Shown here: piece after piece, positions 12,301 to 23,778 of the stretch
Numbering within the stretch: position 1 is the stretch's first letter
How the letters are laid out: the number at the start of each line of letters is the position of its first letter
NCBI GenBank assembly: GCA_022813965.1
Contig: JALDZS010000154.1
Span: 1-57,225, forward strand
DNA length: 57,225 bases
Source of the DNA: Toensbergia leucococca
Taxonomy: Eukaryota
Reading direction: 5' to 3'
Notes under the pieces: generated by a model
What the model was told of the DNA's origin: nothing
Databases searched by the model: none
The model's input: only the letters and a program-made list of their open reading frames with translations
Made by a program: the position numbers and the translations under genes

Positions 12301-13178
12301 AGTACCCACCATCATGGAAAGTGTCTTCGAATGCACCCTCGAGATGATCAATAAGGATTTCTCCGAGTATCCAGATCATCGGGTCGAGTTTTTCAAGCTC
12401 TTGAAGGCCATCAACCTACACTGTTTCCCGGCGCTCCTGAAGTTGGACGGACGACAATTCAAATTTGTTATCGATTCCTGCATGTGGGCAAGTAAGCACG
12501 ATAATCGTGAAGTCGAGAGCACCGGCCTCGGCATGTGCATAGAGCTTATGGATAATATGGCCGAGACGGACGAAAATACTTCTGGCCAATTTTTCCAACA
12601 GTTCTTCATCGTGATCCTACAGGATATCTTCTTTGTTCTTACCGATACTGACCACAAAGCCGGTAAGTCGAGCACCTATCCCCTGTTTCCACTTCCGCTG
12701 AACAGGCGACAGGCTTCAAGTCACAGTCGATGTTGTTAGCTCGCATGTTCTATTTCATCGAGTCTGGCAAGATCTCCAAGCCAATTTATACGCCCGAGCA
12801 GGCTCAATTCGGTACTACGAACAAAGACTTCCTACGTGATTTCGTGGCAAGCCTTCTTCAGAGAGCTTTTCCAAACCTTCAGCCGTACGTATCTTCTAGG
12901 CTTTTCCTGACGCTCACTGTCCGCTCACTCTCTCTAGTGTACAAATTCAATCGTTCGTCGAGGGTCTATTCACCCTGAATCAGGATTCAGTCAAGTTCAA
13001 GACCAATCTCCGAGACTTCCTTATTCAGCTCAAGGAATTTGCAGGTGACAACTCAGAGCTCTATACTGAGGATCGAGAAGAAGCGCAGAAGGCCGCAAAG
13101 GATGCAGAACGGGAGCGTGCCATCAAGGTTGGAGGACTCTTGAAGCCATCAGAGATCGATCAAGATGATGAGCTATGA
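9322..13178 (+). CDS. CRM1: Exportin-1 (CRM1/Xpo1/KapK), about a dozen introns
   Basis: [79 protein letters not shown], and a C-terminus [17 protein letters not shown]. Confidence 0.98.
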
Positions 13179-13761
13179 CTTGAGGACGAGCTCAGGTCCG
13201 AATATGCGGCACCGAACAACAGTACCGAACATGATCTAGGGCTTGCTGTACCTCCAGCTTCTCCTCTAGCAGAAGAAAAGGACGCTCTTGATGGCTGGGC
13301 CATGTACGATCTTTGATCTATCATCTCCTAGTCTTCCTCCTACAGGAGTAGACAAACGTGCCTATGAATCAAAGACTTTGATGTATGTTGGAGGAGGATA
13401 GTTCGACGTTGGGGAAGGCTAGAATTTTGACCACGTACAAGGTGCTCTTATAAACCCTCAACGGGTAGTGGATGGTGCATTGACGGGATGTTCAGGCGTG
13501 TGTTTGTCTTAATAGTGGAACGGGTGTGCTACGTGATTTGTGATATACACGGGCTGAACGGCTGGTAAGGGGAGCATCTATGAAAAGGTCCTCTACCATA
13601 TTAGCAAAACATATGTGGATGTCAGTCAAGGACAGAATTCTCGCTGCGAATGTTTGAGATATCTGATACAGTACATGGCTAAAGTTCAGCACGAATAGCC
13701 ATTCTCAGCCGTATCCTAACATTGATAGGCAATAACGAATATTTGCAGCGCCAGAACATGT

Positions 13762-14621
13762 CTACTTCATCGCCTCAACGAGCAATTCTCTCATCCCCTT
13801 CAAAAAAATGCCCAAGTCCCTACTTTCATTTAATCTCTCCACCCAGCCCTCCACTCCCTCAGCCTCGACCTTCGGCCTTGTCCCCACAACAGCGTAATCC
13901 CTCCTCGCCGTATCCAATTCAAACCACCCCTCCCTCTCCCAGTCCCGCTCATCCAAATGCGAGAACACAAACTTCAAGCGATCCTCAACCCCGGCCCCTT
14001 CGATCCGCATGCACAGATAATCGGTCCAGAACTCCAACTCGGGCATGTTGAGACGTGACTGTGCGTCGAGGGCGGAAGCGTGCTGGGATTGGCCGGCAAG
14101 CCGCTGGGAAATTTGGGACTGGGTGGCCGCGATCGAGGAGAGAAGGGTGGTGCGGTGGTGGGAGAAGTTGTTGCGTTGGGTTGTGAGGGTTGCGATTGAG
14201 GCGTGGAGGTCGGAGAGCTCGGCGGCTTCTTTGCGAAGGGTGTTTGTGTGGGTGCTTGTTTGGTGGGTTAGGGTTTCGAGGGCGAGCTTTTTGAGACGTT
14301 GGTCCTCTGATCATTTCTCAAGTCAGTAAGTTGCTTCGGTAAGCTCGTAGTATGAGGAGTTTCAAGAATAAAGTAGAATGTGTATGTACCGTGGAGTTCG
14401 GCAACGTTGATGTGGAATTGGTTGCGTTCTTCCAGGACGCGTTTGCGACCTTTGGCGATGAAGTTGTCGAAGCGGTCGGTGAAGCGGGACATGCGCTCGC
14501 GGAGGTCGTCGAAGCCGAAGTTTATGGTTGGGAGGGTATCGGCCATTGAGGGGGCGGAGGCGGAGGAGAGGGGGGGACGAATGATGCTGGAGGTGAGAGA
14601 GGGCTCGAAGAGAGTCGCCAT
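13762..14621 (-). CDS. SPC25: Ndc80-complex kinetochore protein Spc25 (2 exons)
   Basis: LPTINFGFDDLRERMSRFTDRFDNFIAKGRKRVLEERNQF coiled coil. Intron 14307-14389. C-terminal domain PELEFWTDYLCMRIEGAGVEDRLKFVFSHLDERDWERE...FLKGMRELL. Confidence 0.92.
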
Positions 14622-14712
14622 TGTTGCGGATGCTCTGTTTGTGTAGCAGAAGTCTCTCAATTTGAGGGCTGGGAGGATGGATCAGCTCCAATGGCAGGAT
14701 TGTGCGTGGTTG

Positions 14713-14718
14713 ACGCGT
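14713..14718. promoter_or_regulatory. Candidate MCB (MluI cell-cycle box, ACGCGT) in the SPC25/RRN6 divergent promoter
   Basis: Exact hexamer about 92 bp upstream of the SPC25 ATG. It is a single copy, so chance occurrence is possible. Confidence 0.35.
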
Positions 14719-15026
14719 TGAAATGATGGTGAGGTCGATCAATATTTACTACGAATATCTGTACCTTTCTGAGTTCTCCACGGCGACCACGCTAAGCTAT
14801 TTTGGGACTCTATCAAATCCGAACTCCAATTCCTCGAATCTTTGTCACACGGCAATTACATCGGCCTTCCCAGCCTAGGTCGCCAGCCATTCAAGTTCTA
14901 CATCGGTAAAGCTGCTCCGTCCAATACTTTGCTGATTATACCCTCGCGGTAGCTAATTTCTAATTGATATGAACATCGTCTTCATTCCAAACAGAAGTCA
15001 CAGATTCAAGACCCGAAGGAAATCGC

Positions 15027-18000
15027 ATGACAGGATCTCGCCGCGCTGACCTGATATACGGTCATCTCGGTGAGGCTGTCTATGATAGTACCGCTCAAGA
15101 GTGGCACTTTGCACGAAGACCAGGCATTTGTATTTCCCCTGACTACCTTAAAGGTTACCTGCTTATCATCGCAGACCAAAAGTTTGAACCTATTGCTCGT
15201 TCAACCACCTGTGTGGAATCACCTATACAAAGAAGTACCAAACCCGAGACGCACTCCGCTGATGTACGCCGTCAGAGTATCAAGGATCTCATCCACCTGT
15301 ACCCCGAGCTTGTCCCAGGGACCTCATTACTCAGCCCGCTTGTGCAGGCTTCGGAGAACGTCAATGAGGTGACATCTGACCATGATCCATCCATATCGGA
15401 GCTGCTCGACTTTGGGAAGGCTGTCAAGACTGACGACAAGAGCTGGGATCCAAGAACCCAGCCCATTGCCGCGGTCGCTGGAGGTGTTGCAGGGGAGGCC
15501 GTGAGGCTGATTCAAATACACAAGGCGCAAGCCTGGTGGCAAGGCCATAGAAGCGTTCGTTTGGATACGATTGGGCTACAAAACAGAGAGTATGGGTGGT
15601 GGCAGGGAAATGGAGGTCCTGTACTGCAATTGTGCTTCGCAAAGCGCAAAGGGGAATCCAGTGCTTGGCTTGCTGTTCGATGCCATGGATCTACCACAAT
15701 CCTTTATCCATTGATGCATAGATTGCCGGCCCCAGCATCTTCTCTTCGTTCGGAATATGTAGCCAAAGCATATTATTCGTCTTCTCGTCTCGAGGCGAAC
15801 CCTATTGCAAATCTTCCTATCCAACGGTCCGGAGGTGCACCACATATTGATGTGTCATTTAACCCATGGTACCAACAGCAATTTGCCGTTCTTGATCAGC
15901 AAGGTCATTGGAGTATTTGGGACATTGAGAGCAAGGACAAAGGCCGAAATTCTTGGACCTTGACGGCAGGCGTAAGTGGGCATATTCTCGACCAGTATAC
16001 ACAAGGTCCGGAGATGGTAAATGTCGAGGCCGATGGCTGGGGGGCTATTTTGTTCGTGGGCAGCGTAAGTACGCTAGTCGTTGTCGGTCGGAGAATATTA
16101 TCGATATTCCATCTCAAATCCAAGCCCGAACGACTTGTTGCTCCAGAGCTCATCGTAGCCAAGAGCTCGGATTGGATTCTCGACGTGAAGAGGAGTCCTA
16201 TAGACGATAGACATATGTTTGTCGTGACATCTTCTTGCATCTTTTGGCTACAAATACAGAGTTCCGAAGACATGCATGATGAGAAGGCTTCGAGAAGTGG
16301 GACATCGATACTGCTTTCTTGGAAACATTTCAGGCATCAGGAAGATATTAGCCTACGACTTCACATTGTTTATAGCACTCAAGGTAATTCGACATGGCCA
16401 CCCTAGGTCAATATGTACTAAAGTATTTTATGCAGACTCCACTACTGTTATTCTTTACTCCCGTCTTACAAAATTGACTACGGGGTTCACATTTGGCTTT
16501 TCATCGTCGTCCGAATATCTTCCATTGTCTGTATCGGATCCATATCTGATATCCCTAGTAGATAATGCCGGCTCCACGTCCAATCCAATAGATTCCAACC
16601 TCGCGATCCGCCAGACATCGTCCATCTCAGCACTTGTCCTCAGTGCTGTCAAGTACAGTTTTCAAGATGGGTCTCTATCAGGTCCTGGAGAAATGTTCAT
16701 GGAACGCGGCGTCCAGTTTTACCAGCTGTTCACCCTCCACAATGATCTAAGCATTCGCGAGTGTCTATACGCAAAATTCTCGTCGAAGAGCGTATTAGAG
16801 ATCTGTCCCCCGAGCCATAGAAACATCTCTGCTGCAACGCCTATGAGGATAAAGGACGAGGATTTTATTACTCCTGACGGGATCGCACTCGATGATGCTG
16901 AGGATACTACTCTTAAGTCTAATCGATATAGACGATACCAGAACTTAAGGCCTTTAAGGAAGGAGCCACGTCCTGAGGACGAGTCATGGACGCTCAACTT
17001 TGAATGGCTCAAAACAGCAATCCAGAGCCGTCTCCAGATTTTGCCGACCTCTACGTCTTTCAATACCTGTCTAAACACTATCAGATTGAGAGTCAAAGAA
17101 AGTGCTTATTCCGCTAAACCAACCGTTGAGTCATTGTGAGGATGGCCTCTCTCCTCTTTGCCTAGACCATGTCCTTTGCTAAATTGTAAAATTTAGATTT
17201 GAAATGCTGCCTACTGAGATTTCATTGGAGGATATCGACAGCGCATCCGCCGATCTACAAAGCCTCGTAGAGTCTACTACGCATTCCTATATTGATGGTA
17301 TAGATGGGGACAAGGAGAGCTCGGACATATGGGCGGAGATATCAGCTTTGACCGCGGAACGGCTGTTCCAAGTCACTGATGAGAACCAAGAAGGGGAAGG
17401 ACACTTACTTCTTGTAGAAATCTACGATGACCTAATCAGGGCCTGGATCACTTCCCTCCCATTAGAAGTGCCAGGTCGAGTCAGGGCTGCCCAAGAAAAA
17501 TCGGTTAGGAGAATCGCCACGGAGCTATGTCTGGCTAGCCATTTGTTACGCTTACGCTCCGCACCTGGTCCCAAAGAGCAGAAGCCTGAAGTTGATGACA
17601 CAATGCACCCCCAAGATTTCACCCTTCCAGTTAGAAGGAAAGCACCTTCCCAGGAAATATCAAGGAAGGGAAAAGACAAGGGCGCAAATCTTTCGTCATC
17701 GCCCCCGGTCTCGTCACAGATCTCAGAAGACACTAGCTTCATGGCTACCGGTTTTTCTCCAAGGATTTCCCTGCCGACTCCAGACCGGACACCATCTTTA
17801 CATTCTCGAAGCTCGGTTTCATCAAGCCTAGTATCAGAAGACCCGGCCTGCAAGCGCCTGAAAGAATTCAGTAACTTTACATCCCAGGCTTCTCTACCCA
17901 TTACAATGGTGAATACTCTCAACCACTGGGTTGAAGGCATCAACCCAGCAGATTACAATTGGGAATTCACTAAACGAAGTCTGACTCTGGCGAGTGACAC

Positions 18001-18271
18001 AGAGGGTGCTGGTGATGAATCACAATTCAAGAGACGGATTTCTAAAAAGAAGGAGCTCAAGCGGCAGAGAGTGAATACGGTCGGCACTTCATCACAGCCT
18101 ACGCCTACGAGACCATGGGCTAGCCAGCCTCAAATGACAAGTATTCCACCGGAAAGTAGTCAGCTAACCGAGCTATCTGGCCACCTGAGCCAAGTGGAGC
18201 CTGGTGTTTACGGTGGAAAATCGATAAGCAAGAAGAAACCAAAGAAGAAAAAGAGGCCTGGATTTAGGTAG
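15027..18271 (+). CDS. RRN6: RNA polymerase I core factor subunit Rrn6 (TAF1C-like)
   Basis: YGHLGEAVYD N-terminus, GAPHIDVSFNPWYQQQFAVLDQQGHWSIWDI, LLSWKHFRHQEDISLRL, NHWVEGINPADYNWE, and a basic KKKKRPGFR tail. Introns 16384-16435 and 17136-17196. Confidence 0.85.
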
Positions 18272-19096
18272 GAATTCAACCTGACATCCTGATTCTCGAA
18301 AAATGGAGGCCGTTGTAGATCGCACCTTTTTTTGCACGCGATCTATGGATTCTCGCCTCTGATAGACTTCATTCCCGTTGACGTTACGTTCGTCAACGAT
18401 GGAAGTCTCCGTCCAATTCAACGAACACAGACCCCGCATTTTCAGAGTGCATCATCTCCATGTACCGGACGGGTTTCAGGCTTCGATGCATGCTTCCACT
18501 TGGTGTCCACAAGTTCCCCTTGCCCTTAAGTCATTTTATCCACCAGTGAGGTCAGCACCCGATCTCTTCAAGCCGCAGTAAGGATCAGCGTCAGTGTGAC
18601 GTTTAACGTGTGATTGCCTCCTTACGTTGTCGAATCCCTTCCTTTTTCATCCTTGAATGAATTGTCGATGTTTACTTCTACAAGGTCTACACGTTGGATG
18701 ATAGATGTTTATTTTCTTTGGAAAGAGCCAAGTTATTTTTTGGAGAACTCACGGCGAGTTGGAACAAATGCCTGTTATTTTGTATATCATGGGAATAATT
18801 CGGCAAGCAGGTATGAGCAACTCCTGTATGCGCGTGCCGAAATGAAGAGTTTGAAAATTGCATGATTGTTTTCACAGGCCGAAGCTTCATTTGAAGTCTG
18901 ATAAGATTTGTACGAGTGTAAATGATCAGGTAGGGCAATATGTACTGTTGAATTTTGATATGTACATTGCTGAGTCTAGCAATTGAACGGCAGACAAGTG
19001 GCTTCTCAGGAACTTCTACCATCCAACTATGTCCGCCCTGTTTCTGGTCGGCGCTTGATAGACGCCTGAACCTTCGAGTTGGATTGCGATTGACCC

Positions 19097-19698
19097 CTAC
19101 CACCCCGAATTTTTCCTATTCCCGCTCTCCTGTTCGGGTTCTGTTTCCTCGCTGGGGCGGATCGTCTCGGACTCCCACTTCTTGTGGTCTGAGGATTCTC
19201 CGGTAGGTCCTATGACTACCTCCTCGGTACTCATATGCCAATCTTGCCTCTCTTCACATCTACTAGCTTCATCGTAGGCACTGGCCAACCTTTCGTTGGT
19301 ATTGTCATGCTCGCTAGTGAGTCTATCGTGCTCGTCATGTTCAGTCTTCTGCGGCATTTCGATGTTCTCTTGTGCTGCTTCTTCGTCGTTTTGGCTTACT
19401 GGTTTCGACTTCAAGACATGTATAAATACTTCAATAATGCCTCCCAAGGATCCAAGACTGAGGCTTGCGAATACAAGTAATGTGGCAGCAGCACCGACTA
19501 CAAGGAACCTGTATCTCAAGTCAGTATACAGATCTTCAGTCCCTCTAGGATCTCCTCTAGGATTGACTTACGGCTTAATAAATTGACTGGGCCAATGAGT
19601 AGTGGGGATATCTCAGTTCCAGGCATCTCTCACCCATCCAAGCGGCAGGTTCATATACAAAACATCGGCGACGATCTGCAAGCAGCCTACCAAGATAG
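19097..19698 (-). pseudogene. Possible orphan or decayed gene (TM segment plus acidic tail)
   Basis: A clean intron at 19509-19571 (GTAAGT...CTGAC...CAG) joins onto FLVVGAAATLLVFASLSLGSLGGIIEVF and an acidic region. The upstream in-frame exon contains a TGA. No family recognised. Confidence 0.3.
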
Positions 19699-20239
19699 TC
19701 TTGACCATCCAACTTGACCTATCATAGCTGCTCTCTAGCACTAGGATTATTCTACTCCCTAAGAGGCGTTAGATAATGTCTGTAAAGTATGCGGGGCGGG
19801 ACTACCATGAGATTTGGAGGTCACAGTGTGGAAAGATATAATTACAACGAGAATTACCACTGGTATGACCCAGTTTACTGTCTCACACCCAACATATGGT
19901 CAGAACGTCTCGTACGACGTGCAATCAAGAGGCAACATTGCTAGGCTGGGATGTAAGAAACCTGAAATAAGTCTCCTTTCTAGCCAAAATCAAGACTGAG
20001 GGAGAGAGAAAACGGAAGGCGAAGCGGAGAAGGTAGAGAAGTGTTGGAAAACGTCTTTTTATGATAGAATACTTCGTCATGGGAAAAGATTTGGCTGCTG
20101 AATTATGCTTTTGCAGTAAGGTAAGCTTTCTAAGGCTTCCGTCGACGGTCAAATCGCTGACTTGGCCAGGCACGAGCTTGAAGTGGAAAGCGTTAAATTG
20201 ATTAAAATACAGATCTACTCTCATCAAAAGTAGAAGAAA

Positions 20240-21200
20240 GAAGACTTGTGCCTTTCCTACTTTAGTTGCAGTCTAAACACTTATGAGATTGTTGAGTTTA
20301 AGCTTCTTAGCAGAGTTTAAATATTAAGACTGTAAGCTTTTTTCAGCAGAAAATGCCTTGAACAAGAAATACATGTTGTCTATGATATAAAAGCTTCTGT
20401 CTAAACTATTAAATAAATACTTTATCTTTCTCTTTTCTTGTTTTTCTTGTAAGAGTTGCATTTTACTGCTGTGATTTAAAAGACTGACATGATTATTCAC
20501 TTACTTGATGTGATCTGAAGTTAAGATCTAAGATTTTTCAAAATTGAAAAGACTTTAAAGATAAAAGATAGTCAGTAAATAGTTCTTAAGATCTTTATGA
20601 TAGTAAGTCATGCTTTTTTTTAGTAAGGTATATAAATACTGATGAATTAAGATATTAGAATAGAAGAGTTAAAGATTATGATGAGCTTGAATAACACTGT
20701 GAGATGAAAACACTTAAATGAATAATTGTTACGGTGCTTTCTTAGGGCTAGGGTAGTTAGGTAAGGTTAGGTGAGCAAGCAACTCTAAGTGACTTGACAT
20801 CATCACAGTATATCTAGTGACATTGCGACTAGATAGCAAGACATCTTCTAATTACACTCAGAATTCAGAATCTCATAAGAGACCCTTACAATAAAATAAA
20901 GTGATAGAAAGATAATAGATAATGCTTTTTGTGTCTCTGCTTAAATGTTTATTGTCTTGCAAAAGAAAGAAAGTAAAAAATAAATACAACAGAGTGCTTT
21001 TTCTTTCTTCTTTATGATTTGTAAATCATAATTTTATGCAGTGCAAATAAATATCATCAACATCTGACGCTCTCAGTTCAAAGTATGAGTACCTAACAGG
21101 ATAGACCATCTCAAACTTTCTAAAATGATTAGACGCATCTTAATCATTTCATGAGCTAGGTAGCTACTTATTCACCTATTCACACCACTCAACTACTATA
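20240..21200. mobile_element. AT-rich hypermutated transposon relic, family unassigned
   Basis: Abrupt AT enrichment, CpG depletion and stop codons in all frames. Boundaries are approximate. Confidence 0.65.
20727..20890. mobile_element. Candidate solo LTR (164 bp) nested in the relic
   Basis: A less AT-rich island bounded by TGT...ACA and flanked by ATAAT / ATAAA (4 of 5 match, TSD-like). Confidence 0.55.
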
Positions 21201-22214
21201 TCCTAGCTCACAAAACCTCAAACATCAGCACAAAGCCACCCCGCGCCTCACAGCCATGTTCAAAGCGGCCCAAAATACATTCTACCTATCCTGTACCTTG
21301 GCAGCGAAACTGACATGGCGAGTTGGCAAAAAACTCAATTTTTTTTAATTTCCGCAAAACCTACCTATTAAATCACTGCGCTTAAAGGAACGAATAGCCG
21401 ACGATGCAGGACGCGGGACGCGAGTAGATCTAGGGATATTTGTTATAATTCTCCGGCTGGATGTGGATGGGGGTCGTGCGCTGGGCATTTTTTGGGGGAT
21501 TTTGGGGATTTTTGATTCTTTTTTTTGGGGGGGACGTCTGGGTGTGTGATGGGATGGCTGGGTGGTGTTTTTGGGATTTGATTGTGGGGCCATCACATTT
21601 CAGTGTTGAGTTACTTGGGTAAAAAGGTGGAAGCTGGTCTTTTTGCTATGGATAGTTTACTGGTTTTGTGGGATGGGAGAGGAGTGATGGCTTGGAAGTA
21701 GGGGGCGAGGGAGGGAGGGAGGCGCGCGGGCTGGAGAGATCATAGCGTTTTTTGGGGGGAAGGGACCGTGGGAATTGCTTCATCTCCTCGAATAGAACAT
21801 AACCTGCGACTTTGGAGTGCGTCGCCCTTGTCCTATACACGTAAGAGACCAAGAACCTCGGACCCGTTCTGGCTGCGTGCAGGGGAGGGAATGGGACGAG
21901 CTTAGATCTGGAACAACGGCTCCGTGTCTACTTTCACTAACGGGCTTTTTTGGGGGGCTCAGGGAGCTGGAAATGGTCGCTGTGACTATGACTTGAGTGG
22001 TGCGCCTGGCTCTTGCTGATGAGATGGGGAGGACTCGGGATGGTAGATGCGCACTCGCTCTCGCCCCCGTGGTATGAAGTCCTCCCTGAGGTGTAGTGGG
22101 TGTCCAAGCTATATATCTGTGCATCTTCTTCGCCACGTACCCTTTGCACTCCCAACAACTGTCCCACGAAAGCATAAGCATCAACATCAGCATCGCTCGC
22201 TCGCAGCCAAAACC

Positions 22215-23201
22215 ATGTCTCCTCCCGAAATCCTCGTCCTGCCCACCTACAGAGCCCCTCAAAGGGGTCTCCTCTCCCTCCTACCAACCAAATGGGTCCC
22301 CTACGCTGAGCTCATGCGCCTCGGCAAACCCTTCGGGACTATGGGCATCTACTTCCCCTATCTCTTCGGCACCCTCTTCGCCGCCTGCATCGCCCGGCCC
22401 ACCATCGCGCCCAACGCCCTCTTGAATACAAATCTAGTCTTGCTTCTTGCGGCCTTCATGCTCCGCAGTGTCGGCTGCACTTGGAACGATATCGTGGACC
22501 GCGACTTGGATCGCCAGGTTGCTCGCTGTCGGCTGCGGCCCATGGCGAGAGGCGCCGTCTCGCCCCGGAACGCGCACATTTTCACCGCGGCGCAGTGTTT
22601 GGTCTGGTTGGCTATTTTGGCGCAGGTGTCGGCTCGGTGTCTTTTTTACGCCGTCCCGCTCGTTGTGCTGGTGGGTGTGTACCCGTTTTCGAAGCGCGTC
22701 ACGCATTATGCGCAGGTGGTGCTCGGGTTCACTCTTACCTGGGGTTTGCTGATTGGATGCGTGGCGTTGGGGGTTGAACCCATGGATATGGCTTCCGAGG
22801 AGACGGCGGCGGCTTTGGTCTGTCTCTATGCCTCTTTTGTTATTTGGACGGTTATTTATGATACCGTGTATGCGTATCAAGATGTCAAAGATGATGTGAA
22901 AGCAGGTGTCAAGTCCATGGCGGTACGGTATAGGCACAATGCGAAGCCCATGCTGTCATTTTTAGCCGCCGTACAAGTCGGATTGCTCGTGTCAACGGGT
23001 GTGCTGATGGGTGCTGGAGTGGTTTATTTCTTGGGCGCGTGTATCTGTTCGGCCTTGTCTTTGGCGTTGATGATTTGGAAAGTGAATTTGGGAGAGCCGG
23101 ATTCCTGCTGGTGGTGGTTTTCGAACGGGGCTTTGTTGGTGGGTGGTGCTATCTTTGCTGGGTTTGTGGGCGAGTATTCGAACAGACTGGCGGCTGTTTG
23201 A
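22215..23201 (+). CDS. UbiA-family aromatic polyprenyltransferase (COQ2-like), intronless
   Basis: WVPYAELMRLGKPFG. Asp-rich motifs WNDIVDRDLDRQVARCRLRPMARG and YDTVYAYQDVKDDVKAGVKSMAV. Multiple TM helices. An in-frame upstream ATG lies at 22047. Confidence 0.93.
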   Translation: MSPPEILVLPTYRAPQRGLLSLLPTKWVPYAELMRLGKPFGTMGIYFPYLFGTLFAACIARPTIAPNALLNTNLVLLLAAFMLRSVGCTWNDIVDRDLDRQVARCRLRPMARGAVSPRNAHIFTAAQCLVWLAILAQVSARCLFYAVPLVVLVGVYPFSKRVTHYAQVVLGFTLTWGLLIGCVALGVEPMDMASEETAAALVCLYASFVIWTVIYDTVYAYQDVKDDVKAGVKSMAVRYRHNAKPMLSFLAAVQVGLLVSTGVLMGAGVVYFLGACICSALSLALMIWKVNLGEPDSCWWWFSNGALLVGGAIFAGFVGEYSNRLAAV

Positions 23202-23778
23202 TGCAGTTGTGAGAGGATGGATCAGATCAATGTCCAAGCGTTGATAGTGGTGTAGGAAGATGGAGCAACGATTGAGCAGACTAAGGACTTGATACTATAT
23301 GTAGAAATTATGTGGCTTTTTTTCTCGGGCATTCAACAAATGGTAGCATAGTATGGGAAATTGGCTCGATGAATACTTGGTACAGCGTTGGATAAAAAGT
23401 CTCATGCTTATATTGAGAGACGCAAAAGACACCATCAGCTTCTTGAAGTGAGGAGGAGCATGGAAGGCATTTGAGACGTATTATATTTTCGATTCCTAAT
23501 GACCCTGGTATATTGGTGTAGTGGCTTGTGTTGTTCAACCACATTTTGAAGAGCTGTAAGTTCTCTTCATATCAGGCTCGTAGAGTCACCATGGTTGACG
23601 CTTGAATGATATAAGTCTTGTCACACTGGTACTAGCCAGCACACTATGTTGCTCATATCAGCCTTCACAGGTGCTAGTGGTGCCCTATCTTCCTTTATGC
23701 CAAATAGACCAACTTTACAAGTTGGATAAGCACCCAATCGAAGCAATTCTGAGGAGAGGGCAAGAGAATGACAGACGT

